The position numbers were made by a program, and so were the translations under genes. A stretch of DNA of 64,000 bases from an uncultured bacterium (GTDB lineage Bacteria; Oederibacteriota; JAAXVQ01; JAUVAV01), in the NCBI GenBank assembly GCA_963710755.1, contig CAVQBK010000003.1, positions 992,001 through 1,056,000 of the forward strand, written 5' to 3'. Within the stretch, counting starts at the first letter, position 1, and every line of letters starts with the position of its first letter. The notes below the pieces were generated by a model. It had not been told where the DNA came from, ran no database searches, and was given only the letters and a program-made list of their open reading frames with translations. Positions 48,390 through 58,719 of this stretch are shown in pieces.

Positions 48390-48591
48390 GCCTAATGGCC
48401 GCTTGAACGGTTAATATCGTTGGCAAACCTGATTTGAAAAAGGCGCGGCTACATACGATCACAGGCTTGCTTATGGGATTTGCCTTATGCTATAGTGAAG
48501 CGGTTTTAAAAGCGCTTTCTCAACGCCTACGGCTTGTTCCTGAGAAACAAGCCTGCTGTAGGGCAGAGGCGGGCAGCTGAAGGAGAAGATC

Positions 48592-48882
48592 ATGCCGGAA
48601 ATCACGCAAGCAACAGTTGAAAAAATAGCCCGTCTGGCCAATATTCGTTTGGGCCAGGAAGAAGCGGGCCAGTATGCCAAGCAGCTGGAGCATGTGTTGG
48701 AGTATATTCATAAATTAAATGAACTTGATACCCACGGCATCCCTGAAACCGTGCATGCGTTGCCATTAAAAAATATCTGGCGGCTTGATGAGGTCCAAAC
48801 TGGTTTAAGCCAGGACCAAGCCCTGGATCAGGCACCGGAAGCGCAAGAAGGTTGTTTTCGCGTGCCGAGAATTATGGAATGA
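48592..48882 (+). CDS. gatC: Amidotransferase subunit C
   Basis: IARLA, LNELDT and APE..FRVP; upstream of gatA. Confidence 0.95.
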   Translation: MPEITQATVEKIARLANIRLGQEEAGQYAKQLEHVLEYIHKLNELDTHGIPETVHALPLKNIWRLDEVQTGLSQDQALDQAPEAQEGCFRVPRIME

Positions 48883-48889
48883 GCTGAAC

Positions 48890-50362
48890 ATGATGGCAAA
48901 GCTGGTTACGGCTAAGGCAATAGCAGAGGCAATCAAAAAGCGACAGATTTCCGCTGAAGAAATCTGTAAGGAAACCATTAACAATATTGAAGCCATTGAT
49001 CCTAAAGTCCAAGCTTTTATCACGCTGAATACGCAAGCTGCCCTGGAAGAAGCCCGCCGGGTGGACAAGGCCATAGCTGAAGGAACCCCGGTGGGCCCTT
49101 TGGCGGGTGTACCCATCGCACTTAAGGATAATCTTTGCACCCGGAATTTGCCAACTACCTGCGCTTCCAAAATGTTGGAAGGTTGGCAACCGCCTTACAA
49201 TGCTACTGTGGTAGAACGATTAAAAGCCAGCGGCATGGTGCTGGTAGGGAAAGTCAATATGGATGAATTTGCCATGGGCTCATCCTGTGAAAATTCTGCC
49301 TTTAAGACCACCAACAATCCCTGGGATCTAAAAGCCGTGACCGGAGGTTCCTCCGGTGGCTCGGCGGCAGCTGTGGCTGCCGGTATGGTGCCGATTGCTC
49401 TGGGTTCTGATACGGGGGGCTCCATTCGTCAGCCTGCGGCTTTTTGTGGCGTCCTGGGATTAAAGCCCACTTACGGACGGGTTTCCCGGTATGGCTTGGT
49501 GGCTTTTGCCAGCTCCCTGGATCAAATCGGCCCCATGGCCCGCACCAGTGAGGACCTGGCTCTGGTTATGTCGATTATAGCCGGCCACGACCCCAAGGAC
49601 AGCACCAGTGCGGAGCTGGCGGTACCCGATTATAGTTCGGCCTTGGGCAACTCCCTGGCTGGGATGAAGATAGGTCTGCCCAAGGAATATGATAATGAAG
49701 GCATCCACGCTGATATTGGTGAGGCTTTAGGCCAGGCCCGTAAGGTGCTTGCGGCCCAAGGTGCTCAATTGGTAGACGTTAGTCTGCCACACACCGACTA
49801 TTGTTTGGCGGCCTATTATTTGATTGCCACGGCGGAAGCTTCATCCAATCTGGCGCGCTATGATGGTGTCCGCTATGGCTTGCGCGTCAAGGGCGAGCCC
49901 CTGAGTACCATGGTACAAACCACCCGTGCGCAAGGCTTCGGGGCGGAAGTAAAACGGCGGATCATGCTCGGCACCTATGCGCTCTCGGCCGGCTACTATG
50001 ATGCTTATTATAAAAAAGCCTTGCAGGTACGCACGCTCATACAACAGGATTTTAATCAGGCCTTCCAGCATTGCGATGTGTTATTAACCCCTACCTCGCC
50101 AACGGTGGCCTTTAAACAGGGAGAAAAGACCGATGATCCCCTGACCATGTATTTGTCGGATATTTTTACCATTTCCATCAATTTGGCCGGCCTGCCGGGA
50201 TTAAATGTACCCTGCGGGTTCAGCCGGGAAGGTCTGCCCATCGGGATGCAGCTCATTGGCCGGGCCTATGACGAAAGCTCTTTGCTCAAAGTGGCTCATG
50301 TTTATCAACAGCAAACCAGCTGGCATACACAAACACCAACGTTATCAATAGGAGGAAAGTAA
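48890..50362 (+). CDS. gatA: Amidotransferase subunit A
   Basis: [22 protein letters not shown] and SSNLARYDG. Confidence 0.98.
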   Translation: MMAKLVTAKAIAEAIKKRQISAEEICKETINNIEAIDPKVQAFITLNTQAALEEARRVDKAIAEGTPVGPLAGVPIALKDNLCTRNLPTTCASKMLEGWQPPYNATVVERLKASGMVLVGKVNMDEFAMGSSCENSAFKTTNNPWDLKAVTGGSSGGSAAAVAAGMVPIALGSDTGGSIRQPAAFCGVLGLKPTYGRVSRYGLVAFASSLDQIGPMARTSEDLALVMSIIAGHDPKDSTSAELAVPDYSSALGNSLAGMKIGLPKEYDNEGIHADIGEALGQARKVLAAQGAQLVDVSLPHTDYCLAAYYLIATAEASSNLARYDGVRYGLRVKGEPLSTMVQTTRAQGFGAEVKRRIMLGTYALSAGYYDAYYKKALQVRTLIQQDFNQAFQHCDVLLTPTSPTVAFKQGEKTDDPLTMYLSDIFTISINLAGLPGLNVPCGFSREGLPIGMQLIGRAYDESSLLKVAHVYQQQTSWHTQTPTLSIGGK

Positions 50363-50363
50363 G

Positions 50364-50642
50364 ATGATTTGTAATAAGTGTAAAAATCAAAAGAAATTTC
50401 AAGCCGTGGTGACTTATTATGAACCGGTGGAGATATGGGAATTCAATGAAGACGGTTCCATGGCGCGGTTCAATCAACCTGAGACCGGGGATCTGGAAAT
50501 AAAATTATCCTGTCCTATTTGCAATTCCGATGATGTGGACACTCAGGGGTACGCTATTCAATCCTTTGTCGAAAGCCCGCTTACCCGTCTGAACGGCGAT
50601 GAATGGGATGCCAAAGTACAGGAAGCGGAAAAAAACAGTTAA
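50364..50642 (+). CDS. Small acidic protein with CxxC...CxxC zinc ribbon
   Basis: AGGAGG RBS within the gatA end; CNKC and CPIC. Confidence 0.78.
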   Translation: MICNKCKNQKKFQAVVTYYEPVEIWEFNEDGSMARFNQPETGDLEIKLSCPICNSDDVDTQGYAIQSFVESPLTRLNGDEWDAKVQEAEKNS

Positions 50643-50782
50643 GCTTCTCCTGGGCGTGCCTGCCTGGCTCCGGGGAACCTCCCCGGCGGTGTCTCCCAGT
50701 GCCCGGCAAGGCCAGCCCAAAGCCGGCAGCCCCTAGGTGGAATTATTCAGGGGCGGGGTTAGAAAAATGAGGACGGTAGTAA

Positions 50783-52234
50783 ATGCAGCAAGCTTATGAA
50801 ATTGTGGTGGGATTGGAAGTTCACGCGGAATTATTAACGCAGTCCAAAATATTTTGCACCTGCCCTACCACCTTCGGAGCCAAATCCAACACCCAAGTCT
50901 GTGCGACCTGTCTGGGCCTTCCGGGCACCCTGCCCGTGCTCAATCAGGAAGTTCTACATCTGGCCATTAAAGCCGGCCTGGCCCTGAATTGCACCATTGC
51001 CAAACACTCCAAATTCGATCGGAAAAATTATTTTTATCCCGATCTTCCCAAAGCTTATCAAATTTCTCAGTATGACATGCCCATTGCCAAGGCCGGTCAC
51101 TTAACCATTACAGTGAACGGCGAGACTAAAACCATCGGGTTGACCCGCATTCACATGGAAGAGGATGCCGGTAAACTGGTTCACTTGGGGGGCAAGGGGC
51201 AGATTGGCGATGCGGTCGGATCCTTGGTGGATTACAACCGCACCGGCGTGCCTCTCATTGAGATTGTCAGCGAACCGGACTTGCGCTCCGGAGAAGAAGC
51301 CTACGCCTATCTAACAGCCTTGAAAGAGATATTGCAATATGCCGCCATTTCGGACTGCAATATGGAAGAAGGCAGTTTGCGTTGTGATGCTAACATCTCG
51401 GTGCGGCCGGCCGGCCAAACGGGCCTGGGCACCAAAACGGAAATTAAAAATATGAACTCCTTCAAAAATGTGCGCACGGCCATCGACTACGAAGCCGGCC
51501 GTCAAATCAAGGCACTGCAAAGTGGCGGTACCATCACGCAGGAAACACGCTTATGGGATCCCGATAAGGCGGTGACCGTACCCATGCGCAGCAAGGAAGA
51601 AGCGCACGATTACCGTTATTTTCCGGAACCGGATTTGCCCTTGATTGAAGTGAACGAGGCCATGCTGGAGGGTGCACAGGCAGCGCTGCCGGAACTACCC
51701 CAGGCCAAACGGGCACGTTTCATGAAGTCTTATGAGCTGAATGATTATGATGCCGGCGTATTGACGGCCTCGCGGACATTGGCCGATTATTTTGAAGAAG
51801 CCTTAGATACCGGCGTTACCCCCAAGGCTGTCTGTAATTGGCTGACTGTGGAATTGCTGGGCAGGCTGCATGGGGAAGGCAAAAGCATTGAAGAGTCCCC
51901 CATGAAACCGAGACAGTTGGCGGAACTGGTGGAGCACATCGAGAAGGGCACTATCTCCGGAAAAATCGGGAAACAAGTTTTTGCCGAAATGATGGAGACC
52001 GGCCAGGATGCCGGCACGGTAATTGCCCGACTTGGCTTGGTGCAAATATCGGATCCCGAGGCCCTTATGGCCATGGTTGCCGAGGTGCTGGCCGCCAATG
52101 CCGGCGCTGTGGCAGAATATCACGCCGGCAAAGCGCAAGCTTTGGGATTTTTGGTGGGACAGGTCATGAAAGCTTCACGGGGTCAAGCCAATCCAAAAAT
52201 GGTCAATCAGTTGCTGAAGCAAAAGCTGGATTAG
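50783..52234 (+). CDS. gatB: Amidotransferase subunit B
   Basis: GLEVH, RKNYFYPDLPK, EEDAGK and YRYFPEPD. Confidence 0.99.
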   Translation: MQQAYEIVVGLEVHAELLTQSKIFCTCPTTFGAKSNTQVCATCLGLPGTLPVLNQEVLHLAIKAGLALNCTIAKHSKFDRKNYFYPDLPKAYQISQYDMPIAKAGHLTITVNGETKTIGLTRIHMEEDAGKLVHLGGKGQIGDAVGSLVDYNRTGVPLIEIVSEPDLRSGEEAYAYLTALKEILQYAAISDCNMEEGSLRCDANISVRPAGQTGLGTKTEIKNMNSFKNVRTAIDYEAGRQIKALQSGGTITQETRLWDPDKAVTVPMRSKEEAHDYRYFPEPDLPLIEVNEAMLEGAQAALPELPQAKRARFMKSYELNDYDAGVLTASRTLADYFEEALDTGVTPKAVCNWLTVELLGRLHGEGKSIEESPMKPRQLAELVEHIEKGTISGKIGKQVFAEMMETGQDAGTVIARLGLVQISDPEALMAMVAEVLAANAGAVAEYHAGKAQALGFLVGQVMKASRGQANPKMVNQLLKQKLD

Positions 52235-52271
52235 TTTATGCGGATTAGAGCAAAGGTGTAAAGGTGGAGGC

Positions 52272-53663
52272 TTGGGGATTTTAGTGATGGAAGCTATGAA
52301 GCCAATGATTAAGGTGGGGGACCAGCTGGAGCTTGAAGTGTACGCCTTGGCTTATGGCGGGGAAGGCATTGCCAAGCATCAAGGACTGGTCGTGTTTGTG
52401 CCCGAAGCCCTGCCTGGAGACACGGTGCTGGTCACTATTTTACAAGTGAAAAAACGTTTTGCCCGCGGTGAACTTAACGCCATCATTAAGCCGTCCGGCA
52501 AACGGGTCGAAACGTTTTGCAACAAGGCGGCGGTTTGCGGCGGCTGCACCTGGCAACATTTTAACTATCCCGATCAGCTTAAGGCCAAACAAGCGTTTGT
52601 GGAAAACGCGTTGCAGCATGTGGGGCATCTTAAAGCCGCCCATGTACTGCCGGTTATTAAGGCCGTACCCAATCAAGGTTATCGCCATAAAATTCAGATT
52701 CCCTTCCAGCAAATCGATGGCCAATTAGCTGCCGGTTTCTATAGTAAAAAAACGCATCGGGTAGTGCCTATCGAGGAATGCCCGGTGCAACCGGGTCTGG
52801 GGAATAAAATTTTTAAGACTTTCCTGTCCCTGGCCCAGCAGTATGGCTACACCGGTTACGATGAAACCACACAAAGCGGCCAACTGCGTCATCTGGTCAT
52901 CCGCCTCAACAAACAACTTAAGGAAGCCTCGGTGGTGGTGGTGACCCAGGAAAAAGACTTGCCCCATCTGCAGGAATTGGCCCAGACCCTGCACCAGGCC
53001 ATTCCAGAAATTTCCGGTGTGGTGCATAACCTCAATCAAGCCCAGACCAATGTGATCCTGGGGCCCCATTATAAAACGCTGGTCGGCCGCTCCTATCTGT
53101 ATGAGGAGATAGGCGGTCTTAAGTACCGTGTTTCCGTAGAATCCTTCTTCCAAGTCAATCCCCACCAACTGGGACATTTGGCGCAAGTGGTGCTTAATTA
53201 TGCAGCTTTGAATGGTTATGAAAAAGTGGTGGATCTGTATTGCGGTGTGGGTTTCTTTACTCTGGAAGCAGCCAGAAAAGCGCGTATGGTTTACGGCATT
53301 GAGAATGTGCCCCATGCCATTGAAGATGCGCAAGCTAATAAACACCTCAATCAATTTACCAATGTGGAATTTAAATGCCAGGACGCTACCCAAGGCGTGG
53401 AAGAATTAATCGCCAAAGGGTTTTTACCAGATGTGCTGATTCTTGATCCGCCCCGGCGGGGGTGCGATCCCCAGTTGCTAAAAAAAATCATGGCGTGGAA
53501 AACCAAACGGCTGGTATATATTTCCTGTAATCCTGTATCCCTGGCCCGGGATTTAGCCCTGCTAACCAAAGGCGGTTACCGCATCCACCAGGTACAACCC
53601 CTGGATCTTTTTCCCCATACCTATCATATCGAGAGCGTGGCCAGTTTGGTTCGAAGCAAATAA
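52272..53663 (+). CDS. rlmD: 23S rRNA (uracil-C5) methyltransferase RlmD/RlmCD-type
   Basis: TRAM domain, C..CGGC, FFQVN, DLYCGVG, DPPR, YISCNP and DLFPHTYHIE. The start may lie slightly downstream. Confidence 0.92.
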   Translation: MGILVMEAMKPMIKVGDQLELEVYALAYGGEGIAKHQGLVVFVPEALPGDTVLVTILQVKKRFARGELNAIIKPSGKRVETFCNKAAVCGGCTWQHFNYPDQLKAKQAFVENALQHVGHLKAAHVLPVIKAVPNQGYRHKIQIPFQQIDGQLAAGFYSKKTHRVVPIEECPVQPGLGNKIFKTFLSLAQQYGYTGYDETTQSGQLRHLVIRLNKQLKEASVVVVTQEKDLPHLQELAQTLHQAIPEISGVVHNLNQAQTNVILGPHYKTLVGRSYLYEEIGGLKYRVSVESFFQVNPHQLGHLAQVVLNYAALNGYEKVVDLYCGVGFFTLEAARKARMVYGIENVPHAIEDAQANKHLNQFTNVEFKCQDATQGVEELIAKGFLPDVLILDPPRRGCDPQLLKKIMAWKTKRLVYISCNPVSLARDLALLTKGGYRIHQVQPLDLFPHTYHIESVASLVRSK

Positions 53664-53689
53664 CCGCCCGTCCGGGAAAGGGGCTCAGC

Positions 53690-56284
53690 ATGACCACATC
53701 GCCAACGGCACATCAAAAATTCCTGATTATTGACGGCACCGCCCAAGTTTATCGTGCTTTTTATGCCATTAAGCTCCTCACTGATCCCGACGGTCAGCCG
53801 GTCAATGCTGTTTACGGCGTGGCCTCCATGCTCCTTAACTTGTGGCGGCAGGAACGTCCCACCCATATGGCTGTGGTTTTTGACCGGCCTGAACCCACCT
53901 TTCGTCATCAGGCCTTCCCGGCCTACAAAGCTCAGCGCGAAAAAGTGCCGGAGGACCTGGTTCGCCAGCTGCCCATGATCAAGACCTTGCTGGGGCAATT
54001 GGGATTTGTGGTGGTGGAACAAGCCGGTTTGGAAGCCGATGACATTATCAGCACCATGGCCACTGAAGCGGCTGCCGACCGAGTGCCGGTTCTGGTGGTG
54101 AGTAGTGATAAAGATTTGTTTCAAATCGTTAATAAACAGATTCACATGTTGCGCCCCTTGCGCGGCGGCAAAGGGGAATACGAACGCCTGGATAGCCACG
54201 GCGTGGCGGCCACTTTTGGCGTCGAGCCCGCCCAAGTTCCGGAAGTACTGGCGCTCATGGGAGACAATTCCGACAATATTCCCGGCGTAGCCGGTATTGG
54301 GCCCAAAACCGCCGTGGCCTTGATAGCTCAGTATCGCACGGTAGATAATCTCTACCTTCACCTGGATGAAATCAAACAGGATAAGCTCAGGGAAAAACTG
54401 CAGCACCAGCGCGAGCAGGCTTTCCAATCGTTGCACCTGGTTAAAGTGCTGACCAATGCGGCTTTGGAAAAAAAATGGCATGAATGTGCGGCGCCGGCTG
54501 AGATTCCGGTCACTGGTTGGGAAGGGTTGAACCGGCTTGGCTTCAAACGATTGCTGACCGCGCTGACGCCGCCGCAGGAAACTGCAGCCTTGCCGCCGGC
54601 CTGGGGCCAGGAGGTGCACCTGCTGGAGGATGTAACCCAATTATGCCATGCTGCCCGGACCCATAAACAGTTGGCCGTGGACATGGTGCGTGATCATCTG
54701 GTCTTGGCTGTTAACACCACCCAAGCTCTGCAGCTGCCTCTGGCAGGCTTTACGCTTGCCGGACTGCTCCAAGCTTACCCTTGTCTGCTCGACTGCCTGG
54801 AAAATGAAACCATTGCTAAAATCAGTTATCAATTTAAACCGCTGCTGATCGCCTGCTTGGAAAGCCAACGCCGCGCGGGTGGTCCGGTGGAGGATTTGCA
54901 TCTGGCCGCGCACTTGCTTGATCTTCCGGCCAATAGTCTGGAACGTTTTGTGGAGCGGCTGTTGGGCCCGGTGGGCGAGCAGACCTCGCCCGGCGCTTTA
55001 GCCTGCGCTTTGCTTCAAATCCATAAACAGCTTCTGAAAAAAATGAGGCATGAGAAGTTGGACCAAGTCTACACCTCTATCGAACTGCCGCTGCTGCCGG
55101 TGTTGGCCAAAATGGAATGGACCGGCGTGGCCATTGATGTAAAGGCTGTTAATAAAATGGCCCAGCAATTGGGCCGTCAGTTGGACCAATTGGAAAAAGA
55201 CATCCAGACCATGGCCGGCCATGACTTTAACGTACGTTCTCCCCAACAGCTGGCTGAGGTCCTGTTTGACCAGCTCAATCTCTCGCCTGGGAAAAAGACC
55301 AAGACCGGCCGTTCCACCAGCGTGGAAGTGCTGGAGATGCTGGCACCGCAGCACCCGCTGCCCGCCACGGTCTTGGAGTATCGAAAACTTCAGAAAATAA
55401 AATCCACCTATCTGGATGTTCTGCCCAAACTGATTTCACCTCAAGACCAGCGCTTGCATACGACCTTTAATCAAGTGGGCGCAGCCACGGGCCGTCTTTC
55501 CTCCACCGATCCCAATCTACAAAACATTCCTGTACGCACCGAGATAGGCCAAAAGCTGCGGGCCATGTTTATTCCCCAACAATCGCGGGATCTGCTGCTC
55601 TCGGCCGACTACTCCCAGATCGAGTTACGTCTGCTGGCGCATTTGTCCGAGGACCAACAGATGCTGGAGGATTTTAAAAACAACCGTGATATCCACCGTA
55701 CCATGGCAGCGGATATTTTTAGTGTGTCCCTGGATGAGGTCACACCGGATATGCGCCGTCAGGCCAAAACCTGCAATTTCGGTATTGCCTATGGGGTCAG
55801 CCCCTACGGGCTGGCCAAGCAGATCGGCGTTCCTCCATTTCGTGCCAAGGCCTTCATTGACGGTTTTTATCACCGTTATCCCGGGGTCAGGGCTTTCCTG
55901 GATCAAACCCTGGTTCAGGCCCACGCCGACGGCTATGTTACCACCTTGATGGGACGGAAACGGCACCTTCCTGACATCCATTCCGCCAACCGCACCATCC
56001 GGGAAGCGGCAGAACGGATGGCCATTAATGCCCCCATTCAAGGGTCAGCCGCAGACCTAATCAAGCTGGCTATGATTGAGATTGACCGGGCTTTGGAAGC
56101 AGGCCGTTTATCTTCACGCATGATTCTGCAAGTGCACGATGAATTGTTATTTGAAGGGCCGGCTGAAGAAATGGAACCCTTGAAAGCTCTGGTGGTCAAT
56201 AAAATGAGCAAAGTCTATCCACTGAAGGTAACCCTCACCGTGGATGTGGGCTACGGCAACAATTGGAAAGAAGCCCACACTTGA
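53690..56284 (+). CDS. polA: DNA polymerase I
   Basis: 5'-nuclease motifs EADD and GDNSDNIPGV; polymerase motifs TGRLSS, DYSQIELR and QVHDEL. The 3'-5' exonuclease region looks degenerate. Confidence 0.98.
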   Translation: MTTSPTAHQKFLIIDGTAQVYRAFYAIKLLTDPDGQPVNAVYGVASMLLNLWRQERPTHMAVVFDRPEPTFRHQAFPAYKAQREKVPEDLVRQLPMIKTLLGQLGFVVVEQAGLEADDIISTMATEAAADRVPVLVVSSDKDLFQIVNKQIHMLRPLRGGKGEYERLDSHGVAATFGVEPAQVPEVLALMGDNSDNIPGVAGIGPKTAVALIAQYRTVDNLYLHLDEIKQDKLREKLQHQREQAFQSLHLVKVLTNAALEKKWHECAAPAEIPVTGWEGLNRLGFKRLLTALTPPQETAALPPAWGQEVHLLEDVTQLCHAARTHKQLAVDMVRDHLVLAVNTTQALQLPLAGFTLAGLLQAYPCLLDCLENETIAKISYQFKPLLIACLESQRRAGGPVEDLHLAAHLLDLPANSLERFVERLLGPVGEQTSPGALACALLQIHKQLLKKMRHEKLDQVYTSIELPLLPVLAKMEWTGVAIDVKAVNKMAQQLGRQLDQLEKDIQTMAGHDFNVRSPQQLAEVLFDQLNLSPGKKTKTGRSTSVEVLEMLAPQHPLPATVLEYRKLQKIKSTYLDVLPKLISPQDQRLHTTFNQVGAATGRLSSTDPNLQNIPVRTEIGQKLRAMFIPQQSRDLLLSADYSQIELRLLAHLSEDQQMLEDFKNNRDIHRTMAADIFSVSLDEVTPDMRRQAKTCNFGIAYGVSPYGLAKQIGVPPFRAKAFIDGFYHRYPGVRAFLDQTLVQAHADGYVTTLMGRKRHLPDIHSANRTIREAAERMAINAPIQGSAADLIKLAMIEIDRALEAGRLSSRMILQVHDELLFEGPAEEMEPLKALVVNKMSKVYPLKVTLTVDVGYGNNWKEAHT

Positions 56285-56309
56285 CCGGAACTCAAATATT
56301 TATTACCAT
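56281..56309 (+). promoter_or_regulatory. Sigma70-type promoter overlapping the polA stop
   Basis: TTGACC-17 nt-TACCAT. Confidence 0.55.
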
Positions 56310-56527
56310 GGTTAATAGTCTCCCAACTGGGATGGGCATGGCGGATACACAACTCTGGCACCTAAGGTCGCGAAGGGCTTGAGCTTCCGGTATTAAACCC
56401 GGCATTGAACTGCCATAAGCCATCACATGCCATGGCGTCGGTCTGAAGAACCAAAGGGCAACCCGTTACCCGAGGTATCCTCTTGGTGGCAGCTTGACCT
56501 AAACACTTATCCGATAAACAGGTAGCT

Positions 56528-57250
56528 ATGACCAAAAAAGAAAAGGCACCAATTATTGTTATCACCGGGGGGACGGGGTCAGGGAAAAGCACGGTGGCCG
56601 CGGTCTTCAATAAACTGGGCGCCCGCTTGATTGATGTGGACCGTTTTGCTCATCGTTTTTTAAAACCCGGCTCACCAGCCTGGCACCAGCTCCTGCAAGC
56701 ATTTGCCGGCGTCAAACTGCGTCAGCCTAAATCCTTTAATCAACCTTATGCGCCGGAAGATTTTATAGATGCCCAACAGCAACCCCTGACCTCATTGCCT
56801 TGGCTGATCAATCAACAAGGGGTAATCCGGCGGGACAAACTGGGGGCCAAGGTTTTTGCCGACAGCGCTGCCTTGGAACAGCTGAATAAAATTATTCATC
56901 CCCGCCTGCGCAAGGCTTTGGACGCCAAATTGACTATGCATCGCCGCCTCAGCACCAAACCAGTGGTTCTGGATATGGCTGTCTATCCTGAGAAACTATT
57001 CCGCGGCTTGGGGGATGTGGTACTATGGGTGAGGGCCCCCGGAGGGTTACGGGCCCAGCGTCTGGCCGATCACCGCCGTCTGAGCCTGGAAGAAGCCAGT
57101 GCCCGCGTGCGGATTCAATGGAAAGATGATGAATTTAAAAAGGTGGCCAACTTTATCCTGCCCAACCTGGGCTCCGATACCGACTTGAAAAAATCCGCCG
57201 AAGCCCTATGGCCCCAGCTGCTGAAATTTGCCTACGATGGAGGCAAATAA
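56528..57250 (+). CDS. coaE: Dephospho-CoA kinase
   Basis: ITGGTGSGKST, DVD and LGAKVF..LNKIIHP; downstream of polA. Confidence 0.9.
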   Translation: MTKKEKAPIIVITGGTGSGKSTVAAVFNKLGARLIDVDRFAHRFLKPGSPAWHQLLQAFAGVKLRQPKSFNQPYAPEDFIDAQQQPLTSLPWLINQQGVIRRDKLGAKVFADSAALEQLNKIIHPRLRKALDAKLTMHRRLSTKPVVLDMAVYPEKLFRGLGDVVLWVRAPGGLRAQRLADHRRLSLEEASARVRIQWKDDEFKKVANFILPNLGSDTDLKKSAEALWPQLLKFAYDGGK

Positions 57251-58719
57251 TGCAATATTATTTTGAAGAGATGCCTATGCAACGATGGCTGCTCTTTATT
57301 TTTTTAGCCATGACCTTTCCTCTGAATTATCTTCTGGCCTATTTTTTAAATGATCATGTTTGGCTAATCCTGGTTGCCTTCACACCCTTGGTGGGACAAT
57401 TGTTTGTGTCCAACCGTGTGGGTAATTTACTTCTAGTGGTCAGCGTTCTTTTCTATACCCTTTCCGCCATGCGTTTGGAACATCCTGAACTCCGGGCAAT
57501 CCTGATTTTCTATATTCTGGTGGCCCTGCTGATGAGTATTTTCGGCTATTTTTACCGTCGGCGGAAAATACTGGAAACCAATGTTTTTGAAGATAAGCTT
57601 TCCACTCTGCATGAGGAGCTGACCCTCCAGCGAGAACAATACAAGAGTGATCTTATGATCAGTGTGGCGGATAGAAAAAAATTCGAAAAATATTCTATGC
57701 TTAACAGGGTGTCCAATGCCTTTAGTGCGGAATTGCAGCTGCAAAAATTGCTCGCTTCGGCGGTAAAGGAAATACAGCATGTGATCGGTCCGGAACGAGG
57801 ACGGTTTATCATTGCCGCTTCAGGCGTGGATAGTGACGAAGTTTATCTTCGCAGTTTGCCGGAACAAGTTGAGAACGACGATATGCTTCAAGACCAGTTT
57901 TCTTCCTGGATTCAGGAACATAAGGTCGGTCTGCTCATTGACGACACTAAAAATGATTTTCGTTTCCACGCCTTGGATGATCAAGACCGTGTCAGAAGTC
58001 TAATGATCGTACCCATGCTGATAGCCGGCCAACTTAAGGGTTTTGTACGGGTGGAGAGCCCTTGGGAAAACATGTTTAACGTCAATGATTTACAGTTGCT
58101 TACCATCATGACCGATATCATCGCGGTCTCCACAGAAAATGCCAGGCTCTTTCAGCAACAAAAAGAACTCGCGGTGACGGACAGTTTGACCGGATTGTAT
58201 CTGCGTCGTTTTCTGGACAAACGTATTGAAGAGGAGTATGGCCGATACCAGGCACATGGTACGGTCTTCAGCCTGATGATCCTGGATATCGATCATTTTA
58301 AGCATATCAACGACCGTTTGGGTCATATTGCCGGCGACCAAGTGCTCATCCAGCTGGCCAAATTATTACAACAGGAAATTCGCAGCATTGATATCGTGGC
58401 CCGTTATGGCGGGGAGGAATTTATCATTCTGCTGCCCAATACCTGGATTGAAGGCGCTTTGGTACTGGCAGAACGTATCCGGAAAAAAGTTCAACAACAT
58501 CCATTTAATGCCCTGGATCAGAGTCTGAAGGTGACGCTTAGCATCGGCGTGGGGGAATGTCCACGGCATGCAATTGAAGTGGCTGCCCTAATTAGGAAGA
58601 CGGATGACGCCTTGTACCGGGCTAAACGTAATGGACGCAACCAAGTCAGTTTGGCTGAGGAGCAGTCATCTTCAACACCGGACGCAGCCGGGGGGCTCTA
58701 TGACCAGAACCAGGCGTAA
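57250..58719 (+). CDS. Membrane GAF-GGDEF diguanylate cyclase
   Basis: N-terminal TM segments, GAF, TDSLTGL, DIDHFK and RSIDIVARYGGEEF (RxxD I-site present). ATG overlaps the coaE stop. Confidence 0.93.
   Translation: MQYYFEEMPMQRWLLFIFLAMTFPLNYLLAYFLNDHVWLILVAFTPLVGQLFVSNRVGNLLLVVSVLFYTLSAMRLEHPELRAILIFYILVALLMSIFGYFYRRRKILETNVFEDKLSTLHEELTLQREQYKSDLMISVADRKKFEKYSMLNRVSNAFSAELQLQKLLASAVKEIQHVIGPERGRFIIAASGVDSDEVYLRSLPEQVENDDMLQDQFSSWIQEHKVGLLIDDTKNDFRFHALDDQDRVRSLMIVPMLIAGQLKGFVRVESPWENMFNVNDLQLLTIMTDIIAVSTENARLFQQQKELAVTDSLTGLYLRRFLDKRIEEEYGRYQAHGTVFSLMILDIDHFKHINDRLGHIAGDQVLIQLAKLLQQEIRSIDIVARYGGEEFIILLPNTWIEGALVLAERIRKKVQQHPFNALDQSLKVTLSIGVGECPRHAIEVAALIRKTDDALYRAKRNGRNQVSLAEEQSSSTPDAAGGLYDQNQA

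Noticed and set aside
48421-48450. GGCAAACC...GAAA...GGCGC upstream of gatC
   Set aside because: The stem does not pair well and the second stem is absent.
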